Assembly: GCA_017469405.1 (NCBI GenBank)
Contig: JAFUGL010000023.1
Location: 1,111-65,110, forward strand
Direction: 5' to 3'
Origin: Lachnospiraceae bacterium
GTDB taxonomy: Bacteria > Bacillota > Clostridia > Lachnospirales > Lachnospiraceae
Length of the DNA stretch: 64,000 bases
The first letter of the stretch is position 1, and the number at the start of each line of letters is the position of its first letter. The notes beneath the pieces were generated by a model, which saw nothing but the letters and a program-made list of their open reading frames with translations, searched no databases and was not told the DNA's origin. This document shows positions 38,337-47,254 of the stretch, piece by piece. The translations under genes and the position numbers were made by a program.

Positions 38337-41329
38337 ATTTGTTTTTCCTCCGTATCATTACCGCTTTGAAGATAACGCAACAAATCTTCTCTAACAGCGG
38401 TATGCATTTTAACTTTTAGCTTACAAATAGGTTTTAATTCGCCTCTGTTATTCATTTTTTTATCTTCGTATACATCAACGATATCAAATTCCCCCATATA
38501 GAAAAAATTATTTTCTACATCTGTTTTTTGAACCATCAGATGCTTTCTTGGAGAATTTAATACTTTCTGCATATATGCCCCATCAAGTTTTTTATCTATC
38601 TGTGAATCCCATCTAAAAATCACATTGTCTACAAATTCATCTGCATAATCAGGCTTACCATCAATGTACTGCTTTTCTGCATCAGTATTTTCTTCCTTAT
38701 GATACGTAACAAAGATAAAAACATCTTCTCCATCTGACCACATTCCATACATTGTAGAAGAAAGATCCTTTCCGACACCCATGAGCAAACTTACATCTCG
38801 CCTTGAATATTTTTCATAAAGAACAAACGGGCAATCCTTTTTATAAGTATGACTATATTTATCCTGATATCTTGCTAAACCAACTTTAATTATATCTTCA
38901 ACCTGTTCATAGAAATCCTTATGAGCAAGTCTCTGTGAATAGCTCATCATTCTTTCAATAAATGAATCAGAGTTATCATTCACGATATCTATATGACTAA
39001 ATTTTTCAAACTCAGACGAATTGGTAACAAACTCTCCACTAAGCACGTCACATGCAGCTTTGATTTTTGAATTAGTAATTTCATATCCATATTTATCCTT
39101 GCAACTGTCAATAACTTCCTGATATGATATAGACGTTTTATCTTGAAAGAGACGAAGTATTTCCAGCTCATCCGGTCTGACACCACTAAGAATTGTCTTA
39201 GACAAGTATTCTAACGTAAGCTTCTCTTGTTCTGACAACGAGAAAAATGAATCATTATTCTCCATTTTTTCAACAAATGAATAATAGGTCTTATATTCTC
39301 GAATAATAATTAATGGATCAACTTCATCATTTTTATAAAAATCTATGAGCATTGGTATACGACCAAGACGATTTTTTAAATTAGTATATCCCTCTCTAAT
39401 TAACGCCTTAAATGTTTTTGGCTTTATATTATCAATTGCCTTAAATATGCGTTCTCTTGATATAGCATCAAAATGAATCGTTGATGCGCCCGGAATTGTA
39501 TTATTACCACTGATTATATATTTTCGAATTATATCAGCGTTATATGTTCGATCTCCAGATAATGCCACAGGAATCATAAAATTTTGATTATAATTCCCGA
39601 TAAAATCAAGAATAACAACATATTCCTTTCCTTCAGCTTTTCTAAGGCCCCTTCCAAGCTGTTGTATAAATACAATTGGTGACTGTGTTGGGCGAAGCAT
39701 TATTACCTGATTGACCTCAACAATATCTACACCTTCGTTTAAAATTTCCTTTGAGAAAATATAATCCAAAGGAGTTACTTCATCATGCGCATCTTCTTCA
39801 TTCATTGCCAATCGTTCAAATGCATCCTGTCTTTCTTGCTCAGACGCACTACCGTTTAATGCAATGGTTCTATATGGTTTTCCGGTCGCAGGATTTACTA
39901 TCTTGTTAAATTTGGAAGATAATTCTTCCGTTTCTCTTATACTGCTACAAAAGATTAAACCTTTTACCTTTTCCCCACTATACCCATAATAATTAGCCTG
40001 ATTAATAATATGCTTTACTCTCTCATCACTAGTAAGAACTGAAAAATCATGATTGGAATTCTCATCGTCTCCGATAATTGACAAATCAGTTATTCCAAAA
40101 TAATGAAACGGACAAAGCAAATTTTCTTCCATCGCCTGCTGTAATCTTATCTCATAAGCAATCTGATAATGGAAAATCTCATAGACATTTTTTCCTTCAA
40201 TATTGTCATCACGTTTATCCGGTGTCGCAGTCATACCCAGCCAAAGTTTAGGAGTAAAATGTTTCATAATTTTCTGATATGTATCTGCTGGCACATGGTG
40301 TGCCTCATCTAAAACTATGCAATCGAAAGTATCCTTATCGTACTGAAACAAATGCTCATCTCTATTTAACGTCTGTACAGTAGCAAACACATAGTCTGCA
40401 TCATAATTACTATAACCGGCACCTACAAGCCCCATTTTAACAGACTTTGGAAATACCCTTTCGTATGATTTCTTCGACTGTACTGCAAGCTGACCTCTGT
40501 GAACAAGAAACAAAACGCGTTTAAATCCAAGCTCACGCATAGCAAATGCAGATGCATAGGTTTTACCTGTTCCTGTAGCTGAGATAAGTAGAGCTCTTTT
40601 CTCCCCTGAATCTATAATCCTCTTTAAATTTGTTATAAAGCCAACCTGCATACTATTTGGCTCAAGTTTATATTTTTCAATGGAAGTAACATCTTCCTTC
40701 TTTGCCAAAGCTCTCTGATGCTTTATGATATTATAACGTTCATTATATGCCTCATAAAATTCATCATACGAATATGAGTACTCAGAATTCCATAGCTCAT
40801 TATATTCAGCAACTATTTCCTGCGCCATCTCACCTTCTTCGTTAGAAATAAGTTTAGTATTCCACTCGCGATTTCTTGTAAGCGCGAAACCTGTAATATT
40901 GGAACTGCCAATAATGATACTATATATTTCAGATTTTTTAAAAATATACCCCTTAGTGTGAAAGCCTTCACCTGAAGCATCAACATCATACATTTTAAGT
41001 GTAATATTTGATAATTCATTTAGCTTTGTTAATGCTTCCGGCTCACTAAAGCTTAAATAATTTGTAGTTAAGATTTCTCCCGTGACATTCCTTTTTTCTA
41101 ATTCTTTTAATGTTTGAAGAAGCGGAGTAATTCCACTTTTGGTAATAAATGCCACACTTATCTTAAATCCATCGCACATCAACAGCTCATCTTCTATAGA
41201 AGATAAGACTTTCTTTCCTTCTTTATAATTATTAGAAATAAATTGGGGTCTGTATGCAACAGAGGATGCGACGGAACCGTCAATATATGCCGTTTCAAAA
41301 CCAGTTCTTAATTCATCGAATTTTTTCAT
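38333..41329 (-). CDS. PLD nuclease - SF2 helicase - DUF3427 protein (SauUSI-like type IV restriction enzyme)
   Basis: FHTKGYIF (HKD), ATGTGKT, DEAHH, QQLGRGLR, C-terminal YSRRDV/FVTYHK/WDSQ region. Confidence 0.85.
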   Translation of the reverse strand: MKKFDELRTGFETAYIDGSVASSVAYRPQFISNNYKEGKKVLSSIEDELLMCDGFKISVAFITKSGITPLLQTLKELEKRNVTGEILTTNYLSFSEPEALTKLNELSNITLKMYDVDASGEGFHTKGYIFKKSEIYSIIIGSSNITGFALTRNREWNTKLISNEEGEMAQEIVAEYNELWNSEYSYSYDEFYEAYNERYNIIKHQRALAKKEDVTSIEKYKLEPNSMQVGFITNLKRIIDSGEKRALLISATGTGKTYASAFAMRELGFKRVLFLVHRGQLAVQSKKSYERVFPKSVKMGLVGAGYSNYDADYVFATVQTLNRDEHLFQYDKDTFDCIVLDEAHHVPADTYQKIMKHFTPKLWLGMTATPDKRDDNIEGKNVYEIFHYQIAYEIRLQQAMEENLLCPFHYFGITDLSIIGDDENSNHDFSVLTSDERVKHIINQANYYGYSGEKVKGLIFCSSIRETEELSSKFNKIVNPATGKPYRTIALNGSASEQERQDAFERLAMNEEDAHDEVTPLDYIFSKEILNEGVDIVEVNQVIMLRPTQSPIVFIQQLGRGLRKAEGKEYVVILDFIGNYNQNFMIPVALSGDRTYNADIIRKYIISGNNTIPGASTIHFDAISRERIFKAIDNIKPKTFKALIREGYTNLKNRLGRIPMLIDFYKNDEVDPLIIIREYKTYYSFVEKMENNDSFFSLSEQEKLTLEYLSKTILSGVRPDELEILRLFQDKTSISYQEVIDSCKDKYGYEITNSKIKAACDVLSGEFVTNSSEFEKFSHIDIVNDNSDSFIERMMSYSQRLAHKDFYEQVEDIIKVGLARYQDKYSHTYKKDCPFVLYEKYSRRDVSLLMGVGKDLSSTMYGMWSDGEDVFIFVTYHKEENTDAEKQYIDGKPDYADEFVDNVIFRWDSQIDKKLDGAYMQKVLNSPRKHLMVQKTDVENNFFYMGEFDIVDVYEDKKMNNRGELKPICKLKVKMHTAVREDLLRYLQSGNDTEEKQI

Positions 41330-41562
41330 TAGTTACTCCATTAAATATTATTATTCATAATCATTAGCTTCATATTCATTTTTTATAATTCTTTTTCTAT
41401 AATCATGTATTATTAAACTATCGATCTAAATAATTTTTTGCTAACCGTTAATTACAACACGTTTTTACCATTATTATATCACACATCCAATAAACTACAA
41501 ACATTAATCATCCTACTAACACAACTCAAAACACCACATTTATATCATTTCCCAAACAATAA

Positions 41563-41596
41563 GAATATCACAACCAAAAATATGGTTGTGATATTC
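41563..41596 (-). terminator. Hairpin terminator immediately 3' of the tRNA-like fragment
   Basis: GAATATCACAACCA...TGGTTGTGATATTC 14-bp arms. Confidence 0.65.
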
Positions 41597-41616
41597 AAAT
41601 ACAACAATCTAGTTAA

Positions 41617-41640
41617 TGGACATTGGAGGATTCGAACCTC
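41617..41640 (-). other. tRNA 3'-end remnant (att-like)
   Basis: GAGGTTCGAATCCTCCAATGTCCA = T-arm + acceptor 3' strand + discriminator; no D or anticodon arm upstream. Confidence 0.6.
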
Positions 41641-41691
41641 AGGGGTATAACTTTATTAATTCGGTACAAATCTATTATAGGTTGAAGCCTA

Positions 41692-41769
41692 TTACTTCAA
41701 ACAATGCCCGCATACCCCCATGCTACCTATAGAATTAAATATCGTATAGACAATTACCATTAAATCCAT
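41692..41769 (-). CDS. Possible 25-aa peptide MDLMVIVYTIFNSIGSMGVCGHCLK
   Basis: Strong AAGGAGG RBS; otherwise unsupported. Confidence 0.3.
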   Translation of the reverse strand: MDLMVIVYTIFNSIGSMGVCGHCLK

Positions 41770-41998
41770 GACAATTCCTCCTTCAATTTCTATTTCTAGT
41801 TTTTTTAATATTACTGTTATTGAAAGATGTTTTACGACAGTTAGTAAAAATGTACCAGGAATAAACTAATTCATACGATATATACAACTATAACCTGTTG
41901 ATCAGTCTCAATAGGGAACAAAAACAAGACTGAATGTCAACAGAAAAGCTACTGTCGGGGGATGGTTAAATAATTCTGTATAAATTAAAAGCTATCTT

Positions 41999-44074
41999 TC
42001 ATAAATCCTCCAGATGTTCTTCCATATTTTTGTATGCGTAATTCAAAATAGCCTCTGTCTCATCGTCAATTTTTTTAGCGTGAGCATCTGTTCTATTTTC
42101 ATTAATTATTTCCATGTACATATTAAATTTAGTCTTATCTGGCAAAAAACTTTCATAACTCCCATAATCTTTATTTATAATATCTTTCAATTGGATAAAA
42201 TATAGTTCTTGAATTGCATCATCCAATCCATGTTGTTTATTTATTCTTTTTTCTTGCCCTTTATCTTGTGTTGTTTTAGCAGCCACTTCTGCCAGTTTTT
42301 CCTTAGCTTTTTTCCCATATTTACTAAAATAAACTTTTCCAATTAAATTACGTAATTTTAATTCAATATTATTTCTTCTAACTGTATTCTTTGCCCACTT
42401 ATCATCCAATGTCAACGCCGGAATTTCATTTTTATATTTTTCCTTTAAGTGCCTTTCTATCGATTTAATATTAAAACAATAATCCTCTTTATCCCTTTTA
42501 ATCAAACAATAACCAATAAGATGCACAATTATATTATTATCTTCACCAACTTTTTTCCTAAAAGACTGTTCTCCCTCTAAAGCAAATTTCTTTAATAATT
42601 CAAATTCATCAGTATACTGATTTTCTAAAACATTCAAAATTTGGTTAATAATTGAACTAATATCTATTTCTAAATCTTTACGTTGTTTATCATATTTATA
42701 TTTATTTACATTTATAGGTCTCTCCCCTGTATCGTCTAAACTACTGATAATTAAACTACATACTTGTCTTGTAAGAAATGGATGACCGCCATAATCATCT
42801 ATTAATCTAGAATACACTTCTTCGTCAAATTCAACACCTAAATATCCTCCTATTGTAGAAACCATTTCCTTTACATCAGTATATTCAAATAACGGAATAT
42901 AATCAGGTGTCATAATTCCAAATATAGGATTATCATTGCCTTTTATGCTCGATAATTCAATAACATGCGGATTAACACCACATATAATAAACGAAAGAAT
43001 CTCATTATTTTTTTGAGTTATGGATCTAATAGTTTGCCAAAAATTCAACGAATCAGTCCCTGTTTTCCAATGTTTTGTAGGCGAAGTATCATATCCTATA
43101 GACTCAATCTCATCAAACATTAAAAGTATTCTTGTTTTTCCCAATCCTTCATAAATTTCTTTTATGTTATTTTCAAAACTTTTCTTAGCATATTCTTCAG
43201 AATATCTATCTTGAGAATCTTTGAAGTCGTTAATAATAATTTTAAAATCTTTTTCCAGATGCCTACCATAATAATTATCGTCGTCCCTAAACTGAATCAC
43301 CATCTCTTTTATTATTGTTTCTAATACTCTGTACCAGCGCATATTATGATATTGGCTACAGTCGAAATAAATTACCGCGCCATTATCACTTTCAACCCTA
43401 TGCTTTAATAAGTTCAACGTTGATGTTTTCCCAATTCTTCTTAATCCAAACAATCCACTTTGTTCACCTTGCTTATACTTACCAAAAAATGTATGTATTA
43501 AGTTCTGTCTGTCCTTTCCAAAGAAAAATGCATCATCATTTAATGGCGATGCTACACTAAATAAATCTCTTTCATACATAAATACTCGCATCCTATTTTG
43601 AAGAAATTCTGAATTAAATTTCTCATTAAATTCATCGTACGAAAAAGGAATAAAAATCCTGGATTCAGGATGGTCATTTCTATCTCTTAACATTGTATCC
43701 ACAATATCGTCACAATCATCAATTAAAAAAACCGTTATCCTGTCTAAACGATTACGATACTCTCCTGAAATTAGTATATAATCAACTAAATCTTTTGTTC
43801 TGCTCGCAAAGTAGGTCATTGTATTATTTCCACATACAATTAGTACTTCATTATTTAGACCATATAATTGTCTAAGTTTTTTTACAGGTTTAAAAAAGCA
43901 AATACTATATGCAGAACTCTTAAATCTTTGTTCTTTTGAAAATGATATCAATCCAAATTGCGACATACACTCAACTGCATTTCGTATTTTTTCATTTCCA
44001 TTAATCATAATTTTTTTGCCATTAACAGATGCTAATCCAATTTTGTCATCTTTTGACACAAGTTCGTATCTCAT
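41999..44074 (-). CDS. STAND/AAA-type ATPase with C-terminal Swt1/HEPN-like domain
   Basis: Walker A GLRRIGKTS, Walker B LLMFDEIE, GGHPFLTRQ, C-terminal IELKLRNLI...LYFIQLKDII...NENRTDAH. Confidence 0.65.
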   Translation of the reverse strand: MRYELVSKDDKIGLASVNGKKIMINGNEKIRNAVECMSQFGLISFSKEQRFKSSAYSICFFKPVKKLRQLYGLNNEVLIVCGNNTMTYFASRTKDLVDYILISGEYRNRLDRITVFLIDDCDDIVDTMLRDRNDHPESRIFIPFSYDEFNEKFNSEFLQNRMRVFMYERDLFSVASPLNDDAFFFGKDRQNLIHTFFGKYKQGEQSGLFGLRRIGKTSTLNLLKHRVESDNGAVIYFDCSQYHNMRWYRVLETIIKEMVIQFRDDDNYYGRHLEKDFKIIINDFKDSQDRYSEEYAKKSFENNIKEIYEGLGKTRILLMFDEIESIGYDTSPTKHWKTGTDSLNFWQTIRSITQKNNEILSFIICGVNPHVIELSSIKGNDNPIFGIMTPDYIPLFEYTDVKEMVSTIGGYLGVEFDEEVYSRLIDDYGGHPFLTRQVCSLIISSLDDTGERPINVNKYKYDKQRKDLEIDISSIINQILNVLENQYTDEFELLKKFALEGEQSFRKKVGEDNNIIVHLIGYCLIKRDKEDYCFNIKSIERHLKEKYKNEIPALTLDDKWAKNTVRRNNIELKLRNLIGKVYFSKYGKKAKEKLAEVAAKTTQDKGQEKRINKQHGLDDAIQELYFIQLKDIINKDYGSYESFLPDKTKFNMYMEIINENRTDAHAKKIDDETEAILNYAYKNMEEHLEDL

Positions 44075-44338
44075 TTTCGTTCTCCTCCAATATTTAGCTT
44101 GAATTATTTACTTAATAGAAACTTCCCCACAATCGAGTAATGAACTATAAATAAATCATGCAACAATACAATTTCTTATATTATTCCGTCAGTATTTATT
44201 AGTTTCAATACTTACTGCATTTTAAATACCTGATTTTTTCTTGGTGGTAATGTGTTTATAATATCCATTTATTATAATGTTATTATCTTTATACTCTGCT
44301 ACATACAATACTTTTATAGCACGCAAAAAATCTTATTA

Positions 44339-45016
44339 TCAAAAATAAATTGCTATATGCAACCGATCATTCTGACCACCCAAAAACAAACAATCCATAT
44401 CAACATTTCCTTTTCCAATTGTGTTTAAATCCAATTGGCACGGAAATATCTTTCTATAGTTATATACCAAATCTCTTGTTAAAATCTCATTTAAATTTGT
44501 TTTATTATTCATCAAAAATGGAAAATACACTAATCTTTCCTTATTAACCGGATTACGAACACCTCTTCCCATCCCAAGCTGCATTACTTGCCCGAAATAA
44601 TCTAAACAATTGCACCATATTAATACAAATGCTCTTTTTTTCTTGTTACCATTAATCAACTCACCCTCTAACCATTGAAAATCCTTTTCAAATTCAACCC
44701 ACGCTTTACTTGCTGTTTGTGTCTTAAACGCAGAATTCCAATTTTTTAGATATTTTATCTCAATAATAAAATCTTTAGATGGAATAAAAATATCATGATG
44801 AGATTGATTGTTCTTATTATCTTGTACCTCATAATATGCCAAATCTTTAAAATACTCACCAATTTTATATACCCAGTCTCTTTCTACATATCGCTTGTTA
44901 GCCTCCGCTTTAAAATCCTCTAACGAAAAATGCTCATAACGTACATTAACTTGATCAATTATCAAAGAACATATTAAATCCAAATATTCATTAATCGGTT
45001 TTTCATTTCTTTCCAA
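44339..45016 (-). CDS. Putative PD-(D/E)xK nuclease-fold protein
   Basis: HHDIFIPSKDFIIEIKY motif; AT-rich. Confidence 0.5.
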   Translation of the reverse strand: MERNEKPINEYLDLICSLIIDQVNVRYEHFSLEDFKAEANKRYVERDWVYKIGEYFKDLAYYEVQDNKNNQSHHDIFIPSKDFIIEIKYLKNWNSAFKTQTASKAWVEFEKDFQWLEGELINGNKKKRAFVLIWCNCLDYFGQVMQLGMGRGVRNPVNKERLVYFPFLMNNKTNLNEILTRDLVYNYRKIFPCQLDLNTIGKGNVDMDCLFLGGQNDRLHIAIYF

Positions 45017-45328
45017 TTATGCACCTCCAACATACCGTATAATGTAAATATGTTTGATTGACCCTATCAGCAATTTATATACTTATATTCTTCTGTTTTA
45101 TAGTTTAATCTATGAAACATATTTCATCATATAATATAACACAAAATAATAATAACATAAAGTTAAATATAATATATTAAACTAGGTATTTTTTATTAAA
45201 TTTTGAATTTACAATCCACATCATTTCAGATTACATCATTAAAAAATCAACACATTAAATAACAATGTCCTCATCATATATATTTATCTAACAAAGAATG
45301 ATAATTTATCTTAATGTTATTTCAAATA

Positions 45329-45430
45329 TTAATTCATTATCTTCATTGTCGGGAAAAGAAGGACATCCCTAATCGCCGAACTATCTGTCAACAACATACA
45401 CGATCTATCAATTCCATACCCTATATCACC
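45329..45430 (-). pseudogene. Diverged duplicate of the lysS 3' end (att-like scar)
   Basis: Translates [33 protein letters not shown] vs lys[34 protein letters not shown]. Confidence 0.92.
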
Positions 45431-45539
45431 CTATTCAATCATAGTAATCATATCTATATGTAACAAAAAGCACCTGCAAAAAAACAAGTGCTTTTCATTT
45501 CTATTTACAGAAAGTATTTTCCTCAAAACACAGAAAGGT

Positions 45540-46439
45540 TCACATCCACATTTTGTTCTTATAACTCCATCGTTTATCGAAATATTCTTTTCTAAGTATG
45601 TTCAGATAGATTGGTTCAAGAAATACCACCAGCCTGTCCAGCATATCATCAAACAGCAAACCTGTTTCCTTCGCCGGATCAAACGCATTCCACAGGGTAT
45701 TCAATGCAGTATTGTTCTTAAAATCCGCAATTTCCTCAAAAACATCAGCCGATAATTTTCTGTTACGATGAGTCAATGTACTTTTAACCGCTTCTATAAG
45801 AACCATTCCTTCAAAATCAAATATCCCTGACAGATAATAAATGTCATAGAAATCCTTCATCCTGCTTGTTCCGGCCATTCTCTGAAGAATTGCATCAAAT
45901 TTTTCTGCAATAGTACTTTCCAACGAATAAGTGTATACCTCCGGAGAGGTAAAATCGGGTAATCTTGTAACAATTGACCTTTTAATCGGATTAGGTACGA
46001 TTACATCATCAATACCGATATCAATTAAAAACGGAATCCTCACCTTTCCTATACGTCCAATAAAATTAATTTTTACACCGGGATATTTTTTATCTAACGA
46101 TATATTCTCTGTTCCCAAAACCTCCAATGTTATAAAATCATTTCCCGTACTGACATTGCAGATTTCTCTCATTATCTGCTCTATGTTGTCCGGGTTTCCT
46201 TGCAGATTCCTTATCAAGAAATCAATATCTCTTGTCGGTCTTGAATCAAACTCCGTAAGTGTATATATAAACATTCCACCCTTCAAAATCAGGTTATTAT
46301 CATATTTGGAAAGGGATAATTTTCTCAAAAATTCTTCCTGTGCAAAGAGCTGAAGTACCATCTGAAACGGAATCCCCTCTTCTTTTGACTGATTTTTCAA
46401 TCTTGTCAGCACTGATGCCTCCATATTCTTTATAGCCAT
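45540..46439 (-). CDS. AbiEii nucleotidyltransferase toxin (type IV TA)
   Basis: LILKGG, RPTRDIDF, STIAEKF, SRMKDFYDI. Confidence 0.92.
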   Translation of the reverse strand: MAIKNMEASVLTRLKNQSKEEGIPFQMVLQLFAQEEFLRKLSLSKYDNNLILKGGMFIYTLTEFDSRPTRDIDFLIRNLQGNPDNIEQIMREICNVSTGNDFITLEVLGTENISLDKKYPGVKINFIGRIGKVRIPFLIDIGIDDVIVPNPIKRSIVTRLPDFTSPEVYTYSLESTIAEKFDAILQRMAGTSRMKDFYDIYYLSGIFDFEGMVLIEAVKSTLTHRNRKLSADVFEEIADFKNNTALNTLWNAFDPAKETGLLFDDMLDRLVVFLEPIYLNILRKEYFDKRWSYKNKMWM

Positions 46440-47023
46440 ACTCCCAGCACCTCCCTTACCTTCTTTTCCACATGAAGTAGCTTGGCATACTTCATTAGTC
46501 TTGCCGTTGCCTTATTCGGATCTTGGACATATCGTTGGATAGCTACATTGAAAACTTCTCCGTCAACTTTGTTCCTATGCAGAAGCAGATCACAAATTGT
46601 TCTTTCCCTATCATATATCTTGATAGGTTTCCCATCAATTTCAGTTTCTTCTATCCCAACCCGGTATCGATCATTCCGAATAAAGTGTGGCTTCACAATA
46701 GGATAATCTATATAGAATCTTGTTCTTGTACTCTTATTATCCACTGCCAGATGCCACGCTGCCGGAGTCCTGTCTGTGTAACCATAGTAATCCAATGCAC
46801 TTTCCATACAGATTACACCATCCGGAAATAGTGTAGTAATGATAGGAATGTCCGAAAAGGAATCTTCTCCTGAGTACTGATAATAGCCTCGTCTAATCTG
46901 CTCAATCTCACCATCTTCAAGCAATTGCTGAATTTTTTTATAATAAATGCCTTCCTCTTTAAGTTCAGAAGTTCTCATCAGACCACCATACATATCAAAA
47001 ATTTTTTTAATATTTTCATTCAT
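46430..47023 (-). CDS. AbiEi antitoxin / transcriptional regulator (type IV TA)
   Basis: IEQIRRGYY, ICMESALDYYG, IYDRERTICD; overlaps AbiEii. Start at MNENIK. Confidence 0.92.
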   Translation of the reverse strand: MNENIKKIFDMYGGLMRTSELKEEGIYYKKIQQLLEDGEIEQIRRGYYQYSGEDSFSDIPIITTLFPDGVICMESALDYYGYTDRTPAAWHLAVDNKSTRTRFYIDYPIVKPHFIRNDRYRVGIEETEIDGKPIKIYDRERTICDLLLHRNKVDGEVFNVAIQRYVQDPNKATARLMKYAKLLHVEKKVREVLGVWL

Positions 47024-47254
47024 AATACAATCCCTCTTTTTTATCATAATATACAATTTAATTATAGTTTTTGTATAGTTTGATAAATTAAGTATATCTG
47101 TTGTTTCGAAAAAAGTCAAGATAAACAGTCAACAGAGATAATAATTTCTGTTGGCAATTTTTTATAAAAATTGTTATATTTTTTAATTCTAAAAAAAGAC
47201 ACTTCTTAAATACTTAAGAAGTGTCCCATAATCATTTCATAATATTTCAATTTC

